Below, in pieces: positions 29,277 to 39,247 of a DNA stretch of 42,128 bases. Within the stretch, counting starts at the first letter, position 1. Every line of letters begins with the position of its first letter. The position numbers were made by a program, and so were the translations under genes. The notes under the pieces were generated by a model. That model saw nothing but the letters and a program-made list of their open reading frames with translations, ran no database searches and was not told the DNA's origin. This DNA comes from a virus. Taxonomy: Duplodnaviria > Heunggongvirae > Uroviricota > Caudoviricetes. Location of the stretch: IMG/VR virus record IMGVR_UViG_2744054914_000003; one strand, given 5' to 3'.

Positions 29277-29729
29277 ATGGAATTCGAAATCAAAGGCGTG
29301 AAATATCGCGTGGCAAAACTCAGCGTTTTTGACCAGCTGAAAGTGACCCGCAAACTTCTGCCGGTGCTGGCAGGAATGATGTCAGATTTCGGGAGCATTC
29401 GCTCCCGTTTGCCTGCTGATGGCAAAATCGACACCGTGAAATTCGAGCAGTTAAAACCGGTGTTTGAAACCATGCTCCCGCGTATCGCTGAGGAACTGTC
29501 TTCCCTGACCGAAGATGACACCGATGCGATTATTCATCCCTGTCTTGCGGTGGTATCGCGGCGTCATATGGACGGATGGGTTCCGGTATTTACCCGGGGC
29601 GAACTGATGTTTGATGATATTGACTTGCTGGTCATGCTGCAGCTGGTGGCGCGGGTGGTCGCCGATTCGCTGGGAAATTTTTTGCCTACACCCCTTACCA
29701 GCACGACGCAGAGCCTGCAACAGGGCTGA
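29277..29729 (+). CDS. Tail assembly chaperone
   Basis: 150-aa acidic protein immediately upstream of the tape-measure gene. Confidence 0.45.
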   Translation: MEFEIKGVKYRVAKLSVFDQLKVTRKLLPVLAGMMSDFGSIRSRLPADGKIDTVKFEQLKPVFETMLPRIAEELSSLTEDDTDAIIHPCLAVVSRRHMDGWVPVFTRGELMFDDIDLLVMLQLVARVVADSLGNFLPTPLTSTTQSLQQG

Positions 29730-29906
29730 CGTTTAACAGCCTGCCGGACGGGCTGTCCTACCTTCTCAATCCGGTTGACGCCGGGTTAATTCCTTATACA
29801 GCACTTAAAGATGGCTCTGTCGATTTGTACGATATTGCTCTTTTGAATGACCATCTGGCGGTAAAAGCGGATAACCAGCGGCGCATTGAGAAATGGAGAG
29901 AGGATA

Positions 29907-31895
29907 ATGAACGCTGAAACTATTAAAGATTTCCTCGTCTCGCTTGGCTTCAGTGTGGATGATGCAGGAGCGAAAAAGTTCGGTTCTGTCCTCGCCGGTA
30001 CAACTGCAAATGTCATCAAAATGGGGCTGGCCGTTGAAGGAGCCGCGCTGTCCGTGGTGGCCTTCACGGCTAAGATCGCCTCCGGTCTGGATAATCTTTA
30101 CTGGGCGTCACAGCGCACTGGAGCGACAGTCCAGGGAATTCAGTCTATTGGCTATGCGGTTTCGCAGGTTGGCGGCAGCGTGGACGCTGCGCGATCTTCT
30201 CTGGAAAGCCTCTCCCGGTTTATTCGCAACAATCCCGGTGCAGAAGGCTTTCTGAATCGCCTGGGCGTACAGACCCGTGATGCCAGCGGTAACATGCGTG
30301 ACATGGCCGCTATCTTTACGGGCGTTGGACAGAAACTCAGTAGCATGCCGTATTACCGGGCTAACCAGTATGCGCAGATGCTGGGTATTGACGAAAATAC
30401 CCTTATGGCGATGCGTCGGGGTGTGGGTGGTTTCTCCGGGCAGTACAGCGCAATGGCGAAAGCTATCGGCTTCAATGCTGACGAGGCGGCCAGAAGCTCC
30501 AACAAATTTATGACCTCCCTGCGTGAGTTTAGCGCGATGGCAGGCATGGCCCGTGACAAAATCGGCTCTAATCTTGCGGGTGGACTTGCGGGTTCGCTGG
30601 ACACCCTGCGCCGCCATATCCTGGACAACTTCCCTCGTATCGAGCAGACCCTGACGAAAGCCATAAAAGGCATTCTGGCGCTCGGGGATATTATCGGGCG
30701 GCTGTTCTTCAGACTGATTGAGGGGACATCAGGCCTTATCACCTGGTGGCAATCGCTGGATAAGCAAACGCGGGAGTTGATCTCGCTGTTTGGCGCACTG
30801 ACGATTGCGCTGCGCATTCTGAACAGTACGTTCTGGATGTCGCCGGTTGGCCTCATTACCGCGCTGGCGGCGGGGATTGCCCTCCTGTGGGAGGACTATC
30901 AGACCTGGAAGGAAGGCGGCGACAGCCTGATTGACTGGGGCAAGTGGAAACCGGAGGTCGATGCCGCGCTGAAGATGGTTCGTGACCTTAAAACGACCGT
31001 TAACGATCTGGCGAAAGCGCTGGCGAAACTACTCAATATTGACCCCAAATCATGGTCCCTGAAGTGGGATTTCAGCAACTTCATCGACCAGATGGGCGAA
31101 TTCAGCAAAATGCTGAACATGATCGCCGACCTGCTCAACGCTATCAAAGATGGACGCTGGGCTGATGCCGTCAGCATCGGCAAACAGATACTTAATCAGG
31201 GCAGCGAAAATCCGTCAGCGATGCCGATGGTTACAGACAGCGCTAACAGTACTGCCGACTGGATTAAAGAGCACTGGGGATTCGATCCCCGCAGCGTGGG
31301 CCGGACGGTACGCGGCTGGTTTGGTGATGATGAGCCGGAACAACATGCACAGGCTACGAAACGAGGAGAACGGAATAACAATCCGGGAAACCTTAATTTT
31401 GCTGGTCAGGCAGGGGCTTCTCTTGAACGCCCGGGCGGGCGATTTGCCAGATTTGAAACTGCCTTTGATGGATTACGGGCTCTTGCTCGTCAGTTAATGC
31501 TGTACGCCGGACGGGGAATAAACAGTGTGGAGAAAATTATCTCTACCTGGGCACCTGCGTCTGATAATAACAACACAACTGCGTATATCAGGGCTGTATC
31601 GCAACGACTGGGAGTGGATCCCCGGGCTGCCCTGAATATGAGCGATCCGCAAACCATGTCAGCATTGATGAGCAGCATTATCCAGCATGAAAATGGAAGA
31701 AATATCTATTCTCGAGAGCTGATTAATAAGGCTGCCGTGGCGGGAATTAGTGGCAAAATGACAGAGGTTAACCAGCAAAATACTTACCACATTTACGGTG
31801 GCGGAGATCCGCACGCTGTCGGTAATGAGGTTGCACGTCGGCAACAGTCTGCAAATGCTCAGGTCATGCGAAGTAATCAGGTGAGGGTGGGTTAG
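29907..31895 (+). CDS. Tail tape-measure protein with extra C-terminal domain
   Basis: Long Ala/Gly-rich, helix-prone ORF; ATG at 29907 preceded by GGAGAGAGGA; C-terminal about 190 aa with NNNPGNL...HENG motifs. Confidence 0.7.
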   Translation: MNAETIKDFLVSLGFSVDDAGAKKFGSVLAGTTANVIKMGLAVEGAALSVVAFTAKIASGLDNLYWASQRTGATVQGIQSIGYAVSQVGGSVDAARSSLESLSRFIRNNPGAEGFLNRLGVQTRDASGNMRDMAAIFTGVGQKLSSMPYYRANQYAQMLGIDENTLMAMRRGVGGFSGQYSAMAKAIGFNADEAARSSNKFMTSLREFSAMAGMARDKIGSNLAGGLAGSLDTLRRHILDNFPRIEQTLTKAIKGILALGDIIGRLFFRLIEGTSGLITWWQSLDKQTRELISLFGALTIALRILNSTFWMSPVGLITALAAGIALLWEDYQTWKEGGDSLIDWGKWKPEVDAALKMVRDLKTTVNDLAKALAKLLNIDPKSWSLKWDFSNFIDQMGEFSKMLNMIADLLNAIKDGRWADAVSIGKQILNQGSENPSAMPMVTDSANSTADWIKEHWGFDPRSVGRTVRGWFGDDEPEQHAQATKRGERNNNPGNLNFAGQAGASLERPGGRFARFETAFDGLRALARQLMLYAGRGINSVEKIISTWAPASDNNNTTAYIRAVSQRLGVDPRAALNMSDPQTMSALMSSIIQHENGRNIYSRELINKAAVAGISGKMTEVNQQNTYHIYGGGDPHAVGNEVARRQQSANAQVMRSNQVRVG

Positions 31896-32482
31896 TGGAT
31901 ATTCTCTCTACACTTTTTCATCAGCAGAGCAGAAAAATAGGAATGATTGTTCCCAGTGTTGTTATTTCAGAGAAGCATACAGATATGCTTGAAATAACAG
32001 AGCATCCGGTAGAGGTTGGGGCCGCTGTCGCTGATCATGCCTATAAAAAACCGTCAGAAGTGGTGATGGAGGTTGGTTTCGCCGGTGGCGGCGCATTGCT
32101 GGATTTTGCCAGTAATCTGACGGCTACCAGCCTGCTCGGCCTGAGTCCTCAGCAGACGTATCAGGAGCTACTGGATCTGCAGGAAAGCCGTATCCCCTTC
32201 GATGTGGTAACCGGTAAACGACTGTACAGCAACATGTTGATCCGGGCGTTGGAAGTGACGACGGACAAGACAACCGAAAACGTCCTGTCCGCCGTCCTCA
32301 CCCTGAGGGAGGTCATTATCTCCCGGACACAGCAGATTACCGTCGCGGATAAAACCAACATGAAGGAAGGGGCCAGCACGTCGGCGGTACAGAACAGCGG
32401 CAACAAAACCACAAAGCCTCCAGATACTTCACTGCTGAAAAGCATCACGGGTAACGTGGCGTCATTACTGGGGGGCGGCTAA
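31895..32482 (+). CDS. Tail protein
   Basis: 195-aa ORF, overlapping stop/start with the tape-measure gene. Confidence 0.45.
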   Translation: MDILSTLFHQQSRKIGMIVPSVVISEKHTDMLEITEHPVEVGAAVADHAYKKPSEVVMEVGFAGGGALLDFASNLTATSLLGLSPQQTYQELLDLQESRIPFDVVTGKRLYSNMLIRALEVTTDKTTENVLSAVLTLREVIISRTQQITVADKTNMKEGASTSAVQNSGNKTTKPPDTSLLKSITGNVASLLGGG

Positions 32483-32784
32483 TGACAATTCAGGAAATTC
32501 CGCTGACAGCGGACAACCAGCAGTTCAGCATCGTCCTGGGGGGGGGCACCTGGCGGATTAGCATCATATGGCGCGATCTGTACTGGATTATGGACCTGCA
32601 GAACGACAGAGGGGAGCCGGTAATCTCCGGTATTCCTCTTGTCACTGGTGCTGACCTGCTGGCGCAGTACGCCTGTATGGAGCTTGGTTTTAAGCTGGTG
32701 GTGGTCTGTGATGACAACACACAGGATTACCCCACAAAAACTGACCTGGGCGGTCGCAGCCATTTACTGGTATCAACGGAGTAA
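32482..32784 (+). CDS. Tail protein
   Basis: 100-aa ORF in tail operon. Confidence 0.4.
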   Translation: MTIQEIPLTADNQQFSIVLGGGTWRISIIWRDLYWIMDLQNDRGEPVISGIPLVTGADLLAQYACMELGFKLVVVCDDNTQDYPTKTDLGGRSHLLVSTE

Positions 32785-32786
32785 GC

Positions 32787-33848
32787 ATGTCACAGAACTG
32801 GATGAGACATTTCGAGCTGCAGCTTGTGGACGGGAACGGTCAGGGAATTGAGCTAAGTGATTTCAAAGTCACCTTTACGATCGACTGGTTCAACATCAGC
32901 AGCGCGTCCCGGGTAGGGACTATCAAAATTTATAACCTCTCGGCAGATACTGTGAACCGAATTACCGGGCAGGAGTTTTCGAAAGTGCGTCTGATTGCGG
33001 GTTACGACGGTATCGCGCCGGAGGTGTCAGCAAGCGACGTAGGGACCGTGCGGGAAGTTGACGCGGCGGACGTGGGCCAGAGAGATGGCCGCAACTACGG
33101 ACTGATTTTCAGCGGTGAAATTCGCTACTCGGTCACAGGAAAAGACAGTCCGGTTGATACCTACGTCCTGATTCAGGCAGCAGATACTGATCTGGCTTTT
33201 GCCACCAGTATAACCTCACAGACGCTGGCTGCCGGTTACACGGTCGCTGATGTGAACCGTGCGCTGATGAAAGACTTCGAAGCCAAAGGCGCGACCGAAG
33301 GCCTGACGCCTGAAATGCCTGCTACTGTATTCCCCCGGGGGCGGGTACTCTTTGGCATGACGCGGCATCTAATGGATAACGTAGCCGGACAATGTGGCGC
33401 AACATGGCAATTCGTGGACGGTCAGCGCCAGATGGTGGCGAATAACGAATATGTTCACGAAGCGATTGTGCTCAACAGCGCTACCGGGCTTATTGGCATG
33501 CCGCAGCAGACTATCGGTAACGGCGTAAACATCCGCGCGCTTATTAATCCGAACATCCGGGTTAACGGGCTCATTCAGCTGGATCAGGCTTCCGTCTATC
33601 GTACCGCGTTGTCGAACAACGATATTGCGATGGTTGGTGGTCAGATCACCGACCAGAACACGGACGGAAATATCACGCTCAGCGGCACCACATCGCAGCC
33701 TGCCAGCATCGCAACGGATGGCGTTTATATTGTGCGCGGGATTATGTACACTGGCGACACAAGGGGCCAGGCGTGGTACATGGATATGATGTGCGAAGCG
33801 CGTGGCGCGGCGGATCTGTATACGCAATCGGCTTTGCAAAGGGGATGA
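32787..33848 (+). CDS. Tail/baseplate hub-like protein
   Basis: 353-aa ORF between tape-measure-distal genes and baseplate genes. Confidence 0.45.
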   Translation: MSQNWMRHFELQLVDGNGQGIELSDFKVTFTIDWFNISSASRVGTIKIYNLSADTVNRITGQEFSKVRLIAGYDGIAPEVSASDVGTVREVDAADVGQRDGRNYGLIFSGEIRYSVTGKDSPVDTYVLIQAADTDLAFATSITSQTLAAGYTVADVNRALMKDFEAKGATEGLTPEMPATVFPRGRVLFGMTRHLMDNVAGQCGATWQFVDGQRQMVANNEYVHEAIVLNSATGLIGMPQQTIGNGVNIRALINPNIRVNGLIQLDQASVYRTALSNNDIAMVGGQITDQNTDGNITLSGTTSQPASIATDGVYIVRGIMYTGDTRGQAWYMDMMCEARGAADLYTQSALQRG

Positions 33849-33851
33849 GCA

Positions 33852-34196
33852 ATGAGGGGTATTATTTTTCTGTTAGCTGCCTTTTCTGCGTGCAGCGCGT
33901 GGGCGGATGGCTTCACGGTTAAATGCGGTGGCTACACTATGGTTGCAAACCAGGGCGAGTTATCGACTATCAACGGTGAAAGAGTTACCTCTCAAAAAAT
34001 CACCGAACTGGGTACCAATGGTTTGAAAGTAGACATGGGGCTTATGCCTGCCAAAGACGGTAACAACTACGGCTTTGAATACATTCGTCGCCCTGGTACT
34101 GAAACGCGATTCCTGAATGTCCAGCTTCTGCAGAACAGCATGGATGCGCCGAAAATCATCGGATCTTTCCCTTGTAAAAAAGTGGCTGGGCGATGA
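33852..34196 (+). CDS. Secreted protein or lipoprotein with N-terminal signal peptide
   Basis: 114-aa ORF; signal-like N-terminus MRGIIFLLAAFSACSAWADG. Confidence 0.5.
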   Translation: MRGIIFLLAAFSACSAWADGFTVKCGGYTMVANQGELSTINGERVTSQKITELGTNGLKVDMGLMPAKDGNNYGFEYIRRPGTETRFLNVQLLQNSMDAPKIIGSFPCKKVAGR

Positions 34197-34361
34197 TTTT
34201 TGACGTCCATAATATTATGGATGAACTGTTGCCAATTGCGCTAAATTTAACAAAATAATACTGGTTAACGCATTTTTTGAACCATCTGTACACAGTAGTT
34301 GTCTATACTTTACCTTAAAGGTAAACTCTGCGCTCCACTGATGTTCACTATGGGAGGGGAT

Positions 34362-34601
34362 ATGAGGAAAATCGTTAATCGTTACTTAGCCGCTGCCGGT
34401 AGTGTTATGGACATTATGCCGACTACAGATTACTGGCAATATGCTGCTTCTGGATCTGATTGTCGGGCAATAAGAAGTGATGTTAAAGTCATTGCAAGTG
34501 ACATGAACAGAGTTATCAGGTATGAGTTCAAAACCCCGCAAGCAGGCGGCCGTTCTCAAAAAGCATCAGGAAAACAAAGCGTCGCAAAAAGCCGTTCCTG
34601 A
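34362..34601 (+). CDS. Small hypothetical protein (uncertain; overlaps the next ORF in another frame)
   Basis: ATG at 34362 preceded by GGGAGGGG; longest ORF from 34299; AT-rich promoter-like region upstream at 34200-34300. Confidence 0.3.
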   Translation: MRKIVNRYLAAAGSVMDIMPTTDYWQYAASGSDCRAIRSDVKVIASDMNRVIRYEFKTPQAGGRSQKASGKQSVAKSRS

Positions 34602-35094
34602 TTCGGATGGTATCGACGAAGATATTGATTCCTCGGAATATGATGAGTCTCAGGAAGTAGTGGAAAAGCTGTCTGCAGTTGCCAACCTTGATCCTGAGCT
34701 AAAATCGAAGTTAACACCTGAACTTCTTGAGAGAGTTTCTAAGAACCCGAAGGTTATTGCCATGTTTCAGCAGGAGTCTTTTCAGGGACCACTCCCACCT
34801 CCTGCTATGCTCTTACAATATAATCAAATATTACCCGGCGGCGCTGAGAGAATTTTCAGGCTAACCGAAAAAGAGCAAGAGCATAGGCATAAGACGCAAA
34901 GTGATGCATTACTTGGTGCGGTTTCACGCGACAAACGTGGGCAATGGATGGGATTTTGCATTGCAATGGTAGTGCTTATAATGGCTGCGTTTTTTGCTAA
35001 TCGCGGTAACACTTGGTTCGCAGGTACTCTTGCTACTTTAGATCTCGTAGGATTAACTACAGTGTTTGTTTATGGTAGGAAGAAACCTAAATAA
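34522..35094 (+). CDS. Membrane protein with K-rich N-terminus and two C-terminal hydrophobic helices (tail-module moron)
   Basis: 190-aa ORF; hydrophobic segments (WMGFCIAMVVLIMAAFF; AGTLATLDLVGLTTVFVY); lower GC than flanking tail genes. Confidence 0.5.
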   Translation: MSSKPRKQAAVLKKHQENKASQKAVPDSDGIDEDIDSSEYDESQEVVEKLSAVANLDPELKSKLTPELLERVSKNPKVIAMFQQESFQGPLPPPAMLLQYNQILPGGAERIFRLTEKEQEHRHKTQSDALLGAVSRDKRGQWMGFCIAMVVLIMAAFFANRGNTWFAGTLATLDLVGLTTVFVYGRKKPK

Positions 35095-35151
35095 TCCATA
35101 CATCCTTTCAAACCCGCTTCGGCGGGTTTTTTGCTTTCTGGAGCCTACTAA

Positions 35152-35904
35152 ATGGCCGTATCTGACCAGACCCGCAGCGGCGACCTTGCCGAAACATTCA
35201 AATCTGAACGGGAAACAACAAAGAACCAGATCCGTGTCGCCTTGCCTGGCATTATTCAGTCATTCGCTCCTGATGCGGTGACGGCGGTTGTACAGCCTGC
35301 TATCCGTTACGTTGAAATTGATAACGACGGCAACCGCATTACCAAAAATTACCCATTGCTGGTGGATGTGCCAGTGGTATTCCCGCGTGGCGGAGGCTGT
35401 ACGCTAACGTTTCCAGTTAAAGCCGGTGATGAATGTTTGGTGATTTTTGCCGATCGTTGTATTGATTTCTGGTGGCAGAGTGGCGGGATACAGGAGCCGG
35501 TCGATGACAGAATGCATGATTTATCGGATGCGTTTTGTATTGTCGGTCCCCAGTCGCAGGCAAGGAAGATTAGCGGTATTAATACCAGTGCCACACAGTT
35601 GCGTAGTGATGACGGCAGCACCTATTTTGAGCTTAATCCTGATACCAGGAAAATTAAAATTGTCGCTCCGGGGGGCCTTGATGTGGTTGCCCCTCTGGCT
35701 GATTTTTCTGAGAAAGTAACCATTCATGGCCTGTTAACCTGGATGGGAGGCATGGTGGGGTCTGTTGTTTCTGGTGTGGCTTCAAAAATCACTGGTGCTG
35801 TTGAGTTTTTGGGTAGCGTGAAGGCTAACGGCAAGCCAATCGATGATACGCACACTCATGGTGGTGTTCAGCGCGGTGGAAGCAATACCGACGGAGTAAA
35901 CTGA
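35152..35904 (+). CDS. Baseplate central spike protein (gpV / Mu gp45-like)
   Basis: 250-aa ORF at the start of the baseplate cluster; Gly-rich C-terminal region. Confidence 0.6.
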   Translation: MAVSDQTRSGDLAETFKSERETTKNQIRVALPGIIQSFAPDAVTAVVQPAIRYVEIDNDGNRITKNYPLLVDVPVVFPRGGGCTLTFPVKAGDECLVIFADRCIDFWWQSGGIQEPVDDRMHDLSDAFCIVGPQSQARKISGINTSATQLRSDDGSTYFELNPDTRKIKIVAPGGLDVVAPLADFSEKVTIHGLLTWMGGMVGSVVSGVASKITGAVEFLGSVKANGKPIDDTHTHGGVQRGGSNTDGVN

Positions 35905-36257
35905 TGCGATACAGACGTGAAGACGCCGATGGCGATTACACCTTTGGCAGCGGTGATGACACCTGGCTGATTAACTCACCGGAGGCCGTGGCGCAGGCGG
36001 TAAAAACGCGATTCGAATTGTGGTATGGGCAATGGTTTCTCGACACCACTGAGGGGACTCCGTGGATCCAGTCCGTACTCGGTAAGCAGAAGCCGGAAAC
36101 CTACAACCTGGCGATCCGTAAGCGCATTCTGGAAACGCAGGGCGTTAAATCAATCCTCTCTTTCAATACGACGGTGGATACCACGACCCGACGTGTCATG
36201 TTTTCCGCTGAAATCGACACTCTCTATGGAATAACGACTGTTACATCGGAGGCGTAA
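35904..36257 (+). CDS. Baseplate protein (Mu gp46-like)
   Basis: 117-aa ORF with ATGA-type overlap, upstream of the baseplate J-like gene. Confidence 0.5.
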   Translation: MRYRREDADGDYTFGSGDDTWLINSPEAVAQAVKTRFELWYGQWFLDTTEGTPWIQSVLGKQKPETYNLAIRKRILETQGVKSILSFNTTVDTTTRRVMFSAEIDTLYGITTVTSEA

Positions 36258-37456
36258 TGGCTCTGAACCTTGATTCTCTCGGTTTATCTGCAAAGGTAAC
36301 CGCGGAGGGGATCAGTGCGCCTGATTATCAGACGATACTCAGCACCCTGATTAGCTATTTTCAGCAGATTTATGGCAGTGATGCCTACCTCGAACCGGAC
36401 AGCAAAGACGGCCAGATGGTGGCTCTGATGGCGCTGGCGATTCATGATGCCAATAATATGGCGATAACTGTCTACAACTGTTTTTCACCGGCAACCGGCT
36501 ATGGGGCTGCACTGACCAGTAACGTGAAAATAAATGGTATTTCACGTAAAGGCGCGACGAACTCTACGGTTGATTTGCTTCTTACAGGAACTGCCGGAAC
36601 AACCATCATTAATGGCAGCGTGAAAGACAGTAATAATGTGATATGGCGTTTGCCTGCTTCAGTGGTGGTCGGCGTGGATGGTACAGTGATGGTGACCGCA
36701 ACATGTTCCGTCAGTGGTGCAGTGGCGGCGCTGGCTGGAACTATCACTGAAATTAATACGCCAACCCGTGGCTGGGTTTCGGTAACTAATCCTGCTGCGG
36801 CTACTGTGGGCACTCCGGCAGAAACTGACGCTGAGTTACGTATCCGCCAGTCGCAAAGTGTTGCGTTGCCATCATTAACCCCATTTGAAGCACTGGATGG
36901 TGCTGTTTCTAATGTTATCGGTGTAACCCGCCACAAACTCTATGAAAACGATACTGGTTCGGAGGACGGTAACGGATTACCGCCACACTCTGTTGCTGTA
37001 ATTGTGGATGGCGGTGATGTGACGGATATTGCTCAGGCTATCAGAGGGAATAAAGGCCAGGGGACAGCCACTCACGGTACAACATCCGTTACGGTTCCGG
37101 ATAAATACGGCAATCCCCATGTAATCAAATTCTCGCGTTCCAGTGATGTGCCTGTTTATGCCCGGATTAAATTAAAAGTTTTTACGGGTTATACCTCACA
37201 GATAGGACAGCAGATCCAGCAGGCTATTTCCGACTATATCAATAGTCTGACGATTGGTGATTCGGTCCTTTTGAGTCGCATTTACTCACCGGCGAATCTT
37301 GGCGTGGTGAGTGGCGGGAATGCACGCTATTACGATATTCAGGAACTGACGATTGGGAAATCCCCGGGGGCTTTGTCGTCATCAAACATTGATATCAGAT
37401 ACAACGAATCTGCGTCCTGTACCCCGGAAAATATCGTTATAACGGTGGAGTCATGA
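36257..37456 (+). CDS. Baseplate J-like protein (Mu gp47 / e14 JayE-like)
   Basis: 399-aa ORF, size and position typical of baseplate J. Confidence 0.65.
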   Translation: MALNLDSLGLSAKVTAEGISAPDYQTILSTLISYFQQIYGSDAYLEPDSKDGQMVALMALAIHDANNMAITVYNCFSPATGYGAALTSNVKINGISRKGATNSTVDLLLTGTAGTTIINGSVKDSNNVIWRLPASVVVGVDGTVMVTATCSVSGAVAALAGTITEINTPTRGWVSVTNPAAATVGTPAETDAELRIRQSQSVALPSLTPFEALDGAVSNVIGVTRHKLYENDTGSEDGNGLPPHSVAVIVDGGDVTDIAQAIRGNKGQGTATHGTTSVTVPDKYGNPHVIKFSRSSDVPVYARIKLKVFTGYTSQIGQQIQQAISDYINSLTIGDSVLLSRIYSPANLGVVSGGNARYYDIQELTIGKSPGALSSSNIDIRYNESASCTPENIVITVES

Positions 37457-38133
37457 GCAAATACACCGAACTAATCACGAACTACCACGCCACCAAACCT
37501 AAATTTCTTGCACATGTTGATCTGATGACCCGGCCGCTTATTGATGTTGCGGCTGCCACCAGAGGGCTGATTACTGTATTTGATATTGACTCTGCGGTTG
37601 GTGTGCAACTTGACATTCTTGGATTGTGGATCGGACGTAGCCGTGTTGTCAGCCAGCCTATCTCAGGTGTCTATTTCCGCTGGGATACCGACGGGCTTGG
37701 ATATGATCAGGGGGTATGGCAGGGGCCATATGATCCTGATTCAGGATACATGTATCTCAGCGATGAAACTTATCGTGTCATTCTTAAAGCGAAGATTGCG
37801 ATTAATAACTGGGACGGACGGAATGATTCGCTTCCGGCAATCCTTGACGCTGCAACAGCAGGATCCGGACTGCGAATGCAGATTGTCGATAACCAGGACA
37901 TGACGATATCGGTCTGGGTCTTTCCTGATACTGATATTTCAGATGTATCGCATGAGTTAATTGCTGCAATTAAACAGGGATATCTCACAGTAAAAGCCGC
38001 CGGGGTGTGGGCGGGTGGCATTGAAACACCTTCGGTGGAAACCCCATCGGAAGGTTCAAAATTTTTTGGTTTTGATATGGATAACGAATTTATCAGTGGT
38101 TTTGATCTAGGGGCATGGGGAGTATTACTCTGA
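37453..38133 (+). CDS. Baseplate/tail-fibre attachment protein (Mu gp48-like)
   Basis: 226-aa ORF between baseplate J and the tail-fibre gene; TGATG overlap with fibre start. Confidence 0.5.
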   Translation: MSKYTELITNYHATKPKFLAHVDLMTRPLIDVAAATRGLITVFDIDSAVGVQLDILGLWIGRSRVVSQPISGVYFRWDTDGLGYDQGVWQGPYDPDSGYMYLSDETYRVILKAKIAINNWDGRNDSLPAILDAATAGSGLRMQIVDNQDMTISVWVFPDTDISDVSHELIAAIKQGYLTVKAAGVWAGGIETPSVETPSEGSKFFGFDMDNEFISGFDLGAWGVLL

Positions 38134-38804
38134 TGGCAAAAAATGACTTTAAAGCATTCGCAACGGGTAAAAATGCCAATGTTATGTCGCAGGAGGAATG
38201 GGAAGCGTTGCCTGCGCTTTTATCTGGATTTACAGCAGGGAAAGCCTCCAGTGCGCAAGTCAATAAGGTTATTCGGCAGGCCAGCTTTATTGCTGCAGCT
38301 CTGGCCCAGTTTGTAAGTGATAAAACGCAACGGGATGTGCTTGATAATGGTGATCTGCCCGGTTTTGTTGAATTGCTGGGATCGGGGTTTGCTGTTGAAT
38401 ACCTGAGCCGCAAGAATCCGTTTGGTGATATCAAATCGGATGGCACGGTGAAAACGGCTCTCGAAAACCTTGGTTTGGGAGAAGCGGCAAAACGAAATGT
38501 GGGAACAGGGGAAAATCAGATACCTGATATGTCATCATATGCATCAGGTTCAGGCTGGCGAAAAATGCCAGATGGTTCAATTGAACAGTGGGGACGAATT
38601 AGTTTTCCTGGTGAACACGGGCCTGTATCCGCCAATGTTTCATTCCCAATTCCATTTACACAGACACCGGGCATTGTAATTGTGTGCGATGGTGGTTTCG
38701 GGAGCGGGAATATGTGGGGGGCGACCAACTGGAGCACTACCGGCTTCATAGCTCACTGCAATTATGGTCTTGAAGGTGGTGCGTTTTTCGCTAAGGGCTG
38801 GTAA
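38133..38804 (+). CDS. Tail fibre (constant N-terminal part plus currently expressed variable C-terminal part)
   Basis: ATG at 38133 overlaps upstream stop; crossover site lies inside this ORF at 38458-38483; followed directly by a tail-fibre assembly gene. Confidence 0.7.
   Translation: MAKNDFKAFATGKNANVMSQEEWEALPALLSGFTAGKASSAQVNKVIRQASFIAAALAQFVSDKTQRDVLDNGDLPGFVELLGSGFAVEYLSRKNPFGDIKSDGTVKTALENLGLGEAAKRNVGTGENQIPDMSSYASGSGWRKMPDGSIEQWGRISFPGEHGPVSANVSFPIPFTQTPGIVIVCDGGFGSGNMWGATNWSTTGFIAHCNYGLEGGAFFAKGW
38458..38483. repeat. hix/gix-like inversion crossover site (left), inside tail-fibre gene
   Basis: CTCTCGAAAACCTTGGTTTGGGAGAA resembles hixL (TTCTTGAAAACCAAGGTTTTTGATAA) as recalled; core AAACC-TT-GGTTT. 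Confidence 0.7.
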
Positions 38805-39247
38805 TGATGAAATATCTGTACGTAAACAACCTGGCATATCCTTACGAACTTCAGTCTCTTTATGTTGAAAAAGGTGAATGGCCTGAAGAAAAAGGTGTTG
38901 ATATAGACGAAGTAATTTTCAGGGAATATTTCTATGATACACCACCAGAAGGAAAATACAGATGTGTCGGAGAGGATGGACTGCCTGCATGGGCAGATAT
39001 TCCTCCACCAACACGTGAAGAACAAATTGCATCAGCCGAAACTAAAAAGCAGCAATTGATTAACCAGGCCAACGAATACATCAACAGTAAACAATGGCCA
39101 GGTAAAGCATCAATTGGTCGTCTGAAAGGTGAGGAACTGGCGCAATATAATTTGTGGCTGGATTATCTGGACGCACTGGAACTGGTCGATACTTCCGGTG
39201 CGCCAGATATTGAATGGCCTACGCCTCCGGCAGTTCAGGCCAGATGA
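38804..39247 (+). CDS. Tail-fibre assembly protein (Tfa/U-like)
   Basis: 147-aa ORF with conserved Tfa C-terminal motif (YLDALELVDTSGAPDIEWPTPP). Confidence 0.75.
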   Translation: MMKYLYVNNLAYPYELQSLYVEKGEWPEEKGVDIDEVIFREYFYDTPPEGKYRCVGEDGLPAWADIPPPTREEQIASAETKKQQLINQANEYINSKQWPGKASIGRLKGEELAQYNLWLDYLDALELVDTSGAPDIEWPTPPAVQAR

